Assembly (NCBI GenBank): GCA_003971905.1 | Contig: RSEE01000032.1 | Coordinates: 310,001-374,000, forward strand | Source: Moniliella sp. 'wahieum' | Taxonomy: Eukaryota | DNA length: 64,000 nucleotides | Reading direction: 5' to 3' | Shown here: one piece after another, positions 12,689 to 25,044 of the stretch | How positions within the stretch are numbered: the first letter of the stretch is position 1 | Layout: the number at the start of each line of letters is the position of its first letter | Notes under the pieces: generated by a model | What the model was told of the DNA's origin: nothing | Database searches by the model: none | What the model saw: the letters and a program-made list of their open reading frames with translations, nothing else | Position numbers and translations under genes: made by a program

Positions 12689-14417
12689 CATGCGAAGAGG
12701 ATCAAACTCAAGTACTATGCATTAGGTCGTCTATCTGCTATGGGCGCCAAATTGGGTAGAATATACTAATGAGGGCTGTTCAAAAGACTTCTCCGGACAC
12801 GGGATTCAGACTATTTACGCATGTAAGCCGTGAGTCGCAAACCAGTGTCGATGACCCGGTGAGGCAGACAGAGCTGCTGTCTCCGTGGCGAATGGGTATG
12901 CGATTGGGCGAGCCTATGTGCGCCGGTGAACATTGTGGTGTCGGTGGTACTAGTGGCAGAATAATGCTGGCTTGAAAAGGGATATACGCATGAATGTGAA
13001 GAGTCGTCCACACGTTGGGAATGCCGAAGAACGGCATTGCATCGTGGGCTCGATCGAGCCAGGAATTGCGAGGAGAAGGAGTAACTCCAAGCACCAGGGA
13101 CCCTGCTAGATCCGCGTTCTTCCCCCTGCTCATGACCAAACTAAGTACAAGTATTAATGGATTCTTGATCTCAGTGAAGAAAGGGGGTGCATCAAACAAG
13201 TCCGAAGCTATAAAATGGAGGAGGCGGAGGCGAGGGGTGCACGAGGCTCTGTTCGACGTTCAACGTTCACTTGGTCAGTGTTCAAAAGTGGGATGCCGGA
13301 TTATCGTGGAGTTAACAAACTGATTTACCGTGGAGTTAACAAACTACACCCATCCTCTCGTAGGCTGTTATGAACCGTGTTGGACTTGGCCGCACTCGTC
13401 CGATCTGCGAGGCCGCGGAAAGGAAGTGCTTCCCTGGCATGCTTTTTGGTCCGAGTTGGTTAGCAATACTGTTCTTAGACTCAGACTGTGGCGTGTGCGG
13501 TGTGCGCGCGTCGTCGTCTCGAACAACGCAAAACTACGCAGCACCCGCAGGCATCCACGCCAAACTGTCGTTTCTATGTTCGGTGATTAACACACCTGCT
13601 GAGCCCGAGGCTAGCTGCCAATAACAAGCTGCACGGACGGATTCGGGCCCTCAGCGCGGCCGTTGAGCCACACTGATTAATCGTTCAACTGACTCCAAGC
13701 TCCGGAAGGCGACAGGGAGCGGCGCCGCTGGCTTACTAATCCAAGCCGGCGTTCACCGATCATCATGGCTGAGTGCTGGCGGGGCGCGGGCGCTGATCCT
13801 TGGGCAAGCACATCCGTTTGGCTTGCCTGGTGGGGGGTGCTCGGGAAGCGGGCGCCGGGCAAGGCAGCCGCGGCATGCGTCAAACGACGAGCGGGGCGTG
13901 GGGGCAGCGCCGGGAGAATTGTTGCGGCGGGGGCTTGGCGCTTGGCCCTGCTTGGCTCTGCTTGGTGGGTGGCCCCTGTGCCCAGAGCGGTGTGTTGCTC
14001 AGGGGCGCTGGCTGCTCGCTTGTAGTTGCATCGTTACAGGCTGCTGCTGGTCCAGCCCGTGCGTCAGCGTCATCGGCCGTGCGTCATCATCAGTGCTGGC
14101 TGGTGCCTACGGCTGCCGGTGCTGCACCACTGCCCCGTGCGCCCGGAGATTGCACACGCCGAGCTGCCTCTTTTTTTTTACCAGCGGCCTCACGAGGCGA
14201 CGGCTCGCGCTCAGGCCGCAGGCTGAGTACGCTCGACGAGCGCTGAGCCTCCCTTGTCCGTGGACATTGCGCATCCAGACCCAGCACCCGCTTGGGCACG
14301 CGAACGAACGCTTAGCGACACTCAGCCATCGGCCGTCTCCTACATACTACTCCCCTGCCTTCCCCGCTGCTTCTCTCCTCGCCCACCACCACCACCAGCT
14401 CCCCATCCCGACGGTTC

Positions 14418-17131
14418 ATGGTTCGCTCGCCACCGCCGCCCTTGGCCCTTGCCGCTTCGGGCGGTGCTACTGCTGCTCTCGCCCCCGCGCTGCCAGACCT
14501 GCGCATCCGCACGGCGACGAACCCACAACGACCCTCCTGCCCGCCTCTCCCGCACCCGTCTCATTGCGGAAAGCGATAGCCATTCCCATTCCGACCCCAT
14601 CGCCGACGCCGAACCCGTCCCGTCGCATGAGCATCTGCATCAGCACCAACCGGAGCCCGACCACAACCATGTGCAAGGCGTCTTCGCAGCCAGAAAGGCA
14701 ATTACCACACCAACCTTCACCACACAGTTTCCATCCATATGCCGAGCCTGGGGAATGGTACCTGTTCCCTGGATCCCAGGAGGTGGAGCTGGAGCGCACC
14801 ACACGGCAATCACTGCCCGTACTCGCACACCTCAATGAGACTAACCTTTTCCTTTCCGCTGGCCCAACACCGCTGAGTTATATCGAATGGGATAATGGCG
14901 AGGATGGGAAGCGACGCTGAAGTGGCGCGCTTTGTGGATTCAGAAGCACTCGCCCGCCCAGAACGCTTGATGGGCGATGTGAAGGGATATGGCGAACCTT
15001 ATTTGACACCGACAAGATCTCCGCAGCTGAGCGCAAACAGCTGAGCAACGATCTTTTTGTCCTGATGATGGACACATACGCCGTCACAGGGACTTATGAT
15101 GGCCCACATTGTTGGCTGTGTCATTGCCACGGTGGTCTTATGTCCGATTGGTATGTCTCCATTTCTTGCTCTTTGGGAGTCCAGCTGATCCCTGTTTTTC
15201 TTTTTCCTCCCACCTCCGAAGCACTTGCCCTGAAGGCAGGACACTCTTCTTTGGCTCCCTTGGCTTGCCTTGTATACCTGGCCACATTGGGAGGTTCTAT
15301 CCTTCTTGGCCAACTATACAATGCTTTGACCCCACCCTTGTACCCGTCCAATGCGCACGGGAAGATGGGACACATCCTGTTCTGGGTGTCGGTCGCTGCG
15401 TTGGGAAAGGACGTGTTCCGTCTCGTGGGACAGCTGTTCCATGCCGCAGCAGCCGCCTTCGGCTTTGGTCGCTCCTCGCCCCCTGAGACAAACGGTCTTT
15501 CGTAGGCAGGCCACGGGCGCGATGGTCCCAGTTTGTTCGCATCGCTCTGGGTCGGGATCAACCCTTTCGTCCAGAGAAGCAGGAGGCGCTTCTTCAAGAA
15601 GAAGAACGAGTCCTTGAGCCCCTCCCGGACGATATGGCGGTTGAAATGGGCGTGGAGCGGACAGAAAGCCCACCATCACCTGTGGGGACATTGGTCAATG
15701 CGCCGCACCACGTGGGGCCTGACTGGCTGTCTTATGCCACTTCCAAGCTGCCATCTTATCGAAGTGGAAGCAGCCGCAGTTCCTCGCCTCAAAGCACGCT
15801 CTTGAGTTCTTCTACCGTACACTTCTACCATCACAATCTACGCAATGAGCAGCCCAAGCTTACCCCTCGACCCACCTCGCTTTTGCAAAAGATGTTGACT
15901 ATCTTCCGCTATACTCATGTGGTGGTCAACCGTTCCTTGCCTGTCTTCGGCTTTGCGTGTGGCTACACGGGTCTGGCCATTTACACGGGCACCTGCCGTG
16001 GCAACCGCGTCAACACCTGTGCCGCTCACGGGATCAAGGGCGCCATCTTTTTTTGGTATGGTCTGCTGACTTGGGCACGTTACCTGGGCGCGTACGCCGA
16101 GTTTGGTTGGGCATGGAACCGGAAACCGACCTTGGGCTCGTCCCGACGCCCGGGCATTACCCGCTGGCGCCGGAATGTGGTGACAGGCGAGTTCATCGAG
16201 TGCATGGTCATCTTTGTCTATGGCATCACCAACACGTGGATGGAGCGATTTGGGGCCAAACCGGGCGATCCTTATTCCATTAAGCAAATTCAACACATCT
16301 CCATCGCGGTCATGTTCTGGTTTGGGGGTCTGGTCGGGCTGTTCCTGGAGACTCGTCGGTTGCGCGACTGTTCTCCTTCACTGGTGCACTCAACCATCCT
16401 TCCGCCTACTCGCCTCGGAGCATGGAGTCTCGCTCCACCGCATCTGGGCGTGCGCGTAGCGGCGCCTACAGTTTGGAGGGGGTACCGGCGCGGGACGATG
16501 CGGACGAACTGGTCAATGTCCAGGCCCCGCCACCCTCGTACGCTTCGTCCTTCAACCCGTTCCCGGCTGTTATCATTGGTCTCACAGGCAGCGCGATGGC
16601 AGCCCACCCCAGGACTATGAGTATGAGGTACAGATCCATGTACTGTGGGGTAACGCTCTCGCAGGGTTTGGCGTTTTCCGTCTGTTAACATATGTCTTCC
16701 TTTGGCTTCGTCCGCCAACCTCCATTCTTCCCTCGCGCCCCCCCACCGAGGCGCTGGCGGCGTTTTGCCTTTCTGGCGGCGGCCTGGCCTTCATGCTTTC
16801 CTCGGAAGAGGTTTCCTTTGCTGCCATGCGAGCAGGGTATGACGACGTGATGGCAATTCTGTGCTTCCTTGTGGCAGTTGTTTGTCTCTGCTTCTGCTTT
16901 ACTGCGGCACTGCTTCTTATCAAAGGTTGGGCGTTGCGCCGGGAATTCCGCCTGGCTCGTCGTGCGACCCCCAGCATGTCCCCCGGCGACTTGATTGGGC
17001 TCCAGCCGCTGCACAAGCCCACCTGTGACCCAGTCTTTGTCTTGGAGGAAGAGGAGGAGGCACAGGACTTGCAGGCAGACCTGCCCCATCCTTCGTCTTC
17101 TCCCAGCAGTCCTGCCCCGGGCCTGCTCTAA
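14418..17131 (+). CDS. YTP1: Ytp1-family multi-pass membrane protein (DUF2427 + Ytp1 domain)
   Basis: His-rich N-terminus, LNET..PTPLSY, YPSNAHGKMG, CAAHGIKGAIFFWYG, NTWMERFG, QHISIAVMFW, SFNPFPAVIIG and PSRPPTE; intron near 15151-15221; several indels. Confidence 0.88.
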
Positions 17132-17893
17132 GTTGCAGTCGTGACACTAGCTGCGTCGGAGATGGTAAGCGGAGAGACTTGCTGGGCTGGGTGGGGTTCC
17201 ACTTGGGCCAGGACGTCTCTTCGTCCTTTGCGGATTGCCATGTCCCCGTGGGAGCGGCTATCATCCATCTCTAGCACTTGTTTGTCGTTTCGTTCAGTAT
17301 ACCAGGCGCCTTGGTAACTCGGCTTCAAGTTTTACCTGCCCTTGTTGCATTTGCCCTTGAATTCCATATGCCTGTGGGCTTTCCTCGGCCCAGCCCATGC
17401 ATGCTTCTGCTGATGTACCGCGTTTTGTACATCGTCCGCCTGCACGTTCATCGACACCGTTTCATACCTTATGGCCAGGATTGAGTTGAGTACTGCTTTG
17501 CTTGACCCGCGTCGTAGCAGGTCGTAGCCTTGGGCGATAGTCAACAGCAGGCAGAGCTGCTGAAGCGGTTGGGGGTAGGCCTGCAGGCCAAATGAAATGT
17601 TCCTGCCTATCCTATTTTCACAATCTGTTGTGCCCGCCAGGCTGGGGTGGATGATCGATGATCAATGATCGATGATGCCGGTTGCAGGCTATGGATGGAT
17701 GGATGGATGGGTGGGGGATGGCGGAGCGCAGCAGCGCGTAATTAGTCGATGAGCACTCGTGACCGAAGCGGCGCAATCTACCGCCGGGTGGTAACGCCCA
17801 AGTAGCAGCCGCTGCCACCCATCGTCCATCCAGCGCCTGCGCTGCGCCTGTCTCCCGCCACCCCCTGGCTCAGCCGCCCCACACGCGGCCATC

Positions 17894-20039
17894 ATGTCCG
17901 ACGGTCCCGCTCCCTCAGCAGCCGCGCCGCCGGGCTGAAGCACCCCAACAGCAGCCCCCTCTCCAGGCTTCCTCTCCCGCACATCCTGCCCCCGAGCCCC
18001 CTCTGCACACAGCCCACCCCGTCTCCCTCTGCTTCATTCATCTCTTTGGCCGCCGAGAGAGCTCCACGTCCAATGCCGTGCATGGCATGCCCACACGCCC
18101 CATCCTCGTCTCGACACCGAGCTTCAGGAGGCCATGGACGCACCTATGCCCCCTAACACCCCCGACCTTGCTGCCAACTATGGTACGCTGCCCCTTCCTC
18201 CCACGCTGCTCCAGACATGAACCTGACGTGTGCACAGGCGAGTCAGGCACAGATTCCTGGCTTCCGGCTCCGGCGGATGGTGCCTTTATCCGCAAGCCGG
18301 GGCGCGCATGGCGGCCCACCCATCCCCCCGACAGTCCCTCCAGCCCCCCCTCGCCTCACAGCGCACTAGGCCAGACGGCAATTGGGACGTACTCGACTCC
18401 CGGGGAGGAGATGCTGCTTCGGGCGAAACCTGCCGGCGGATGTGCGTGCCAAACTGGATTACTCTACTCCGGTGGAAGGACGACTGAAGACGTTGCTCAA
18501 GTCTGAACCGCCACCCCTTCCGCCACGGCCAAACGAAAGCCCGACATTTAAGGACCAGCTTAGTTTAGCGGAGGGCAACTGCGCACTTTTTTTCAAACCT
18601 TGCCTGCCCTCCTTTGCACGGCCTGACCCCGCTCAACCCGCTGCCCAAGATACGGATAAGGACCAGGATCAGGGCAAAGACCCGAACCCCGGCAAGGTCG
18701 AGGACATGGCACAGCCGCAGGATGAAAGTGTGCCGGCTGACTGGCTTGCGCTACAGCGTGCCCGGATTCAAAACTTGTTCAACCGTGCTCCCGCGGTCGC
18801 CCCCGCCCCCGGGCAGGACGTCGAAGAAGACCCCCGCCCGACCATCATGCGGACGAGTTGGTGGCTTCGATCGCCCTGGGAAAGGGGGGTGCGCCGCCGC
18901 TTACCCCGCCTCCCAAGGCCCTAGTGTTGGACGACCAGCTGCCGGCTTCGGTCCTAGCAGCTCGGGTGCATGAGGCGTCGGAAGCGGCGCCCAGCCAGCC
19001 AGCCTCAGCACTTGGTCCGACCGAAGTTCCGCAGCTCCTGCGCAAACAAAAGGACTGGCAACCTCCACGCTTGCCCGTTGTGTTCATTCATGGGCTGTTT
19101 GGTTTCAGTGAGCTCAAGTGGTCCAATATCTCCATCTCGTACTGGCGAGGAGCGACGGAGGCGCTTGAGGCCAATGGGTGTGAGGTGTTGGTCTGCCACC
19201 TGCCGACGGCAGCAAGCATTCAAGAGCGTGCGGCGGCGCTGAAAGCGGAGGTGGAAGAGCGCTTTTCTGGACGGGAGGTCAACATGATTGCCCACTCGAT
19301 GGGCGGCTTGGACTGCCGCTACCTCATCTCTCGCCTGAGTCATGGGCGCAGCCGCTACTCGTTCAAGGTGGCCTCGCTAACCACCATCACCACGCCTCAC
19401 CGCGGCAGTAGCTTTGCGGATTATATGCTAGAAAAGGTGGTGGGCCTGAGCCGGATCCCTCGTCTGGTCTCCATGCTGACCGCACTGGGTGTGCCTGGGG
19501 GAGGACGGGCGTTTGAAGATCTAACGACAGAACGGATGGCCATCTTCAACCTCACCTGTCCCGATCGTCCGGACGTGCAGTACTTCTCCTGGGGCGCCCA
19601 GTTCACCCCGACGCTCCTCTCGGAATTCCGCTTTTCTCACGGGGTCATCCTGGAGGCCGAAGGGCCTAACGACGGTCTGGTTTCGGTGGACAGTTGCCGC
19701 TGGGGTCAATACCAGGGCACCCTCGACGGCGTCAGCCACCTTGGCATCATTGGCTGGAACAATTCCGCCGCCCGTCCTGCCCCAGCCTCGAGCTCTTCCT
19801 GGCTACCTACCTGGACCCCGCCTGCGTGGACCCCGCCCACGTGGAGTCCTTTCAAGAAGACTAGTACGGCGGAAGCAGCCAAGCCCGCTCCTGAAAGTAC
19901 GGCGGTGAATTTGCCGTCTCCGTCCAAGCCAGCGACCAAGGAGGAACCAGCAGACCCTGAGCAGCCATCTCAAGAACCATTTGACGCGCCATCTTTCTTC
20001 CTCCAGATCTGTGAGGACTTGGCTAAAGCTGGCCTGTGA
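17894..20039 (+). CDS. Tgl2-like triacylglycerol lipase (alpha/beta hydrolase) with a long disordered N-terminus
   Basis: PVVFIHGLFGF, YWRG, AHSMGGLDCRY (nucleophile elbow), LTTITTPHRGSSFAD, EGPNDGLVSV and SHLGIIGW. The 5' part is frameshifted and the start is inferred. Confidence 0.88.
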
Positions 20040-21969
20040 ACGTGTGAACCCACCAGCAGCCGCGCACCCACCCATTCAAAGCATACCATATCGCATACCG
20101 TAGCAATCTTTTACCTTGTCTGGAAAGTATGTGGAAGAGGTGGAGCGCGAACATAGACATCTAAAACCATAGAGGGGCCATGCCTCGTATATTATGCTGT
20201 TGGATGAGACCATGACCTTGCATCCGCCGCCAGGGCTACAGAAAGCCAGCCATAATAGGCAATGGGGCGCCAACTTCGCCAACTTTTTTTCACGATGATC
20301 AGTGGCCGAATGGCCTGCCCTATGGACGCGCAGATTGTCGCCTAGTATACATTGCACTTGACACCAACAGCCCAGAGATGTTGCCCAGGCATGGCAGTTA
20401 ATATCTGGACAATGGGACATTTCTATCCCCACGGCGGACGTGCGTTCGATGCGACCACCGGTTATGCGGGTATTCCGCAATATCGATTACCGATCGATTA
20501 TCCCTCTAAACGGAAGACGATAGGACCGTCCAAGTCGCGAGCAAGGTAGTGTCGTTCCTTCTCCCCAGCATCAACGTCATCAACCCCATTCGCGACGACG
20601 TGGTTGCGTTGCACAAGTACTCAGTAACTCAGTACGGAACACAGGACGTTACTCATTGCAGTTAATGCAATTATTGAGTAGCCCAGTGGCTTCGGCAGCC
20701 CGGCGAATCATTGATCGATCTATCCTCGCTGAAACTATCCTAGCTGAAATTTCACTCACCTGGGCCAAGTGGAGGTCGGTCTGAAGTCTAAAGGCGAATA
20801 TTGACCTTGGGCCAATTTTTCTTTGCCGTCAAAACACAGTACACACATGCCTTTCGACGGCATAACACACCACCACCACCACCACCACCGCCTTCACCAT
20901 GATTGGCTGTTACCCTGCGTCAGTCAACGGCAATATTTTGATAACTTTTTAAGGTGCGTTGCTTATACTGGTGCTTGCTACTGGACACAAGGAGCATAAG
21001 GATGTTCAAACTTTTTACCTACGTTCACCTAGGCCTCGCGCCATTGAGGACTCTTTTTCGTTCTCGTTTCACTGAATTCTCCGTGTCGTGCATGTCGTGG
21101 GCTATTTGCATCCAGCCATGTTTGCATAACAAAATGCTGACCCACTTTGTGACACATCCAGGTTCGACTTGCATACACAGGTACAGTGTCGATCGTTTCG
21201 TCTTTTAAGGTAAGCCTGCTCTACTTCATCCTCATGTTTTCCAATGTATTTTTTTTCAAACTCTGCTTTCGGCGCTTATAGTGCTTGCTTAGAGTGGTGT
21301 CCCACCACGTCTTGGGAACCGTTTCACTCACTGTTCCCTTCTCGTTGGGAAGGTCTTTGGTGTAATACTCATTGTCCTGTTCTTGGCTCTGGCTTTCATC
21401 TCCAAGCGGTGCCATAAGCACCGATATTGATGCCTCGAACAGACGAATAGACTGCTCATTGCTCGCCTCCAACTACAACGCCACTTTATTCTTGACCCCA
21501 TGTAGGATTTCGAGCGTGTTCGCCTGCTTGATGGTGCTTCCTCTACCGCCCCTCTGCTCGACCAGCAAGCGTACCACCGACAGGTGATCACGTTGGTTCA
21601 TTCGGGGCGGGTGCTTCCGAATTGGCGACTGTGGCGTGTTTTTCGCTATGGATGTGTTTGCATGACATCCATCTCCCTGATGCTGGCAAAACGGGATGAT
21701 TATCTGCGGATGAAGATTTTAGATGACTGGTCTCATGGCGTTTCCTCGAGCCGTGTACCCGGGTACGCACCTCCCATGGAGAGACAGAAAAGGGAGTGCC
21801 CTTCGCTATTCGCTAAGAGGTAGGGAGGAACATGTGGCATGCCGCACAAGAGATGAAGTACTATGCAAGAGACACGCGCACCGAGGGCTAATCGGTGCGT
21901 AGGATGCGGAGCAGGCTATACAGGTAGCACAGCGGATGATCGTAGTTGTACATTGTCTGGGCTTGATCG

Positions 21970-23112
21970 CTAAAGTTGAAATGCTTGCTTGGGCAGGGAC
22001 AATTTGGCTAGCCGGGCCAGTAGACCCCCAAGCTGGACTCGAGTCGCAACTCCTTCCAAGATGCGCATGTGGGTGAGGCCAATCTCACGAATGTAATCCA
22101 ACTTTACTTGGTCCGAAAGAGTGGGCATTGTCTTGGACACGCGGAACAGAGTGGTTATAATGTCCAGAGCGCTGTAGCCTTGGATCCACACCTCGTCAAG
22201 GATCTCGACGGCCAAGTCGAGCTGGCCGTCACGGCAGGCCTGGAGGATCTGGTTGGCAACCTGTGGATGGGGTTGGTCCACAACCTTGAACACGTTTTCT
22301 TGTGACACGAACCCAAAGCCGGCCCAGGTGGATTGGAGGTTGTTAACCGCCTGTCGCATATCTCCATCAGCAGTAAAGATGAGCGCTCCAAGGCCTTCAT
22401 TCGTGTACTTGACCTGGAGGGAGGGTTAGTTTGAACTGGTATGGGAACAGGAGTCGGGAGAGACGTACGCCTTCTGCTTCGACAATTTCTGTCAAACGGT
22501 CGAGCACATCTTGATCAGAAAGTTTGGTGAAGCGCAAGATGGCGCAACGGGATTGAATCGGGTCGATGATCTTGTTGCTCTGGTTGCAGGCGAAACAAAA
22601 GCGGGTGGTACCGGAGTACAACTCCATCGTGCGCCGCAGCGCCTGCTGGGCGCCGGCCGTCATGCTATCCGCTTCATCGAGAATGACAATTTTGTGCTGA
22701 CCGGGCGGCAAGGTGATGGCCTTGCTAGCAAAGCTCTTGATTTTGGATCGCACCACGTCGATCCCACGTTCGTCGCTAGCATTGAGCTCGAGCACTGCGT
22801 TTTTGTATTGGTCGCCCAGAGCGCGCGAGCAAGGCAGAGGACAGAAGTGGTTTTCCCAATGCCAGGAAGACCAGAGAGCATCATATGAGGCACGTTGCCA
22901 TCCTTTTGAATGGCCTTGAGCCGCTCCACCACTGCCGCATTGCCCACCACATCGTCTAGCACACGGGGGCGGTACTTTTCAACCCAGGGAAGCTCAAGCC
23001 CAAACTTGGCGGAGGAGGCGGAGGCGGCGTTGTCGGCTACTGCTGGATGCTGGGCTGCATGCTCTTCAGCAATGTGCATCTGCGTGTCGGAGACGGCGGT
23101 CGAGGCAGACAT
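21970..23112 (-). CDS. RFC4: Replication factor C small subunit (yeast Rfc4 / human RFC2)
   Basis: [18 protein letters not shown] (Walker A), [33 protein letters not shown] and [13 protein letters not shown]; intron near 22414-22468. Confidence 0.97.
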
Positions 23113-23588
23113 AGGGACGAGCAGGGGACGAGCCAGTGGTGGTGGTGGAAGAACGCCAGCGGTCGAAATTTCAACACGCGGCTACGCGACGCGCCTTCGG
23201 AGGCTTCGGACGCAGGGGTACTCGGAGTCCGGATCTGAGCATCTGAGGCCGGGGCATGTGGCAGGTCTACTGCCTGCCTCGGATCGACGTGGAGCTTGTC
23301 CTGCCTGGCCGGTGTGACGCGTGACGGCCCGGTGAGCGGTGACCCCCACCGCTAGCTAAGGTAAGTCCTGCTCAAAAGTCCCGCAGAGGCGCGCCCTGGA
23401 TGCCACCCAGGCACAACGTCCTGGCTCGACTCCACCTCCTGCCACGCCAAACGCCCCCCTGAGACCTGAGGATGATGCGCGCTGAGGATCCTGGCGAGTA
23501 CGCCCCATGGGTGGCGGAGACGCCAGCAGTGGTTTCTATGCCCCCTCGCCTGCTGCCCAGCCCCCCCCCACCCCCACCCCAATCCCAC

Positions 23589-24364
23589 ATGCCCGCTTTC
23601 GACTCTAGCTTTGGCCCCAGCAGCAGCGGCTTTGTTGCCAGCGGCTTTGTTGCCAGCGGCTTCTCTGCCCTACTCCTGCTGCCACCAGCGACAGCTCCCT
23701 TCCTCCTGCACTGGAGAAGGGTCAGCACCTCATCCAGCTTGCCCAGCAACGCTATCAGCTGATCCTCGACCGTTCCACCCCCTTCCCGGCTCAGCGCTGG
23801 GCTTTACTGCTGGTGCACTGGTCGTCTTTATGCTGCGCATCCTCATCTCCGAAGGATGGTACATTGTCTGCTACGCCCTCTTCATCTACCTTCTTAACCT
23901 CTTCCTTGCCTTCCTACTCCCAAATTTGATCCCTCCTTTGATGACGACATGGAGGTTGACAACATTGAGGCTGGCGGGCCCGCCACCCGGAGGCTCCTTC
24001 TCCATCATCGGGTGGGCTGATGAGTGGCATCTTTGGTCCCCCACAGGCCGAGGACGAGTTCCGTCCCTTTGTAAGGCGGTTGCCAGAGTTTTCCGTATGT
24101 CTCTCCCCCTCCTGATCTTTTTATGCAAAGTGGCTGACACGGGCATCCAGTTCTGGCTGTCAGCGACGAAGGCCATTCTCATCTCGATTTTCTGCACCTT
24201 GTTCACCATGTTTGACGTCCCCGTCTTCTGGCCCATCTTGGTCTTCTACTTTTCACTCTGCTGATTTGACCCTGCGCCGTCAGATCCAGCACATGATCAA
24301 GTACAAGTACGTTCCGTTTGACATGGGGCGTAAGGCCACCTACCCGGGCGGACCTCGTGTCTGA
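23589..24364 (+). CDS. RER1: ER retrieval receptor Rer1
   Basis: GWYIVCYALFIYLLNLFLAFL, EFRPFVRRLPEF, FDVPVFWPIL and RRQIQHMIKYKYVPFD; intron near 24095-24150. Confidence 0.95.
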
Positions 24365-25044
24365 ACTCCCTGGGAGAAAAAATTTAGGCAGGATGCCCCC
24401 AAAATGAGCATCCTACCCCCTACCTCCCGCCGGTTGAAACTAGAGCATATTTTCCACTTCCTTGCCTGCTGTTGTGTCTTAGCATCTCGCCTCGGCTTCC
24501 TTGTTCCAGAGAAAATCGTGCCAGGCCAATCGATAACCGCACACCATTTGCGTGTTACAGAACAGGGCACTACAAGCATCCCTACTTCCCTGGTGGGCGC
24601 CATTCTATCAGCTACAAGATCGGAAGAACACTACAAGGATTGGATGAGAGCGTCTGGAAATAGAGCATTGTGGTGGCGCTGATGATGCCGGTTTGGAGTC
24701 TGGCCCTCGGCAGGCCACAGCATGAACAGACAAGGGAGTTGACCAAGCTGGCGTATATACCCAAGTAGAGGCATCGGATGCCATGCCTCACGTGGCAGCG
24801 TATCCTCATTCTGGCGAGGCCGTACCAATGAGGCGTGTGCGACTGGGTCCCCTGCCTCCCGGGCCGCTTTGGGGCGAGGAGCAAATCCAGTGAAAAAGTA
24901 TTCTCATTTGGGAGCTCGCTGAGCTCGGGTGACCAGTGACCGGTGACGCTCACTGGTGGTGGCACCCTGTGTGGATGACATAATCCCTAATTTTCCTTTG
25001 CGACATATAATTTTTCTCGGTGCTCTTCTCTCCACCACCGAGCC

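Noticed and set aside
21400..21600. Minus-strand HLSVVRLLVE peptide as an ankyrin-repeat relic
   Set aside because: Only one short motif, while promoter and splice cues favour a plus-strand relic, so it is not supportable.
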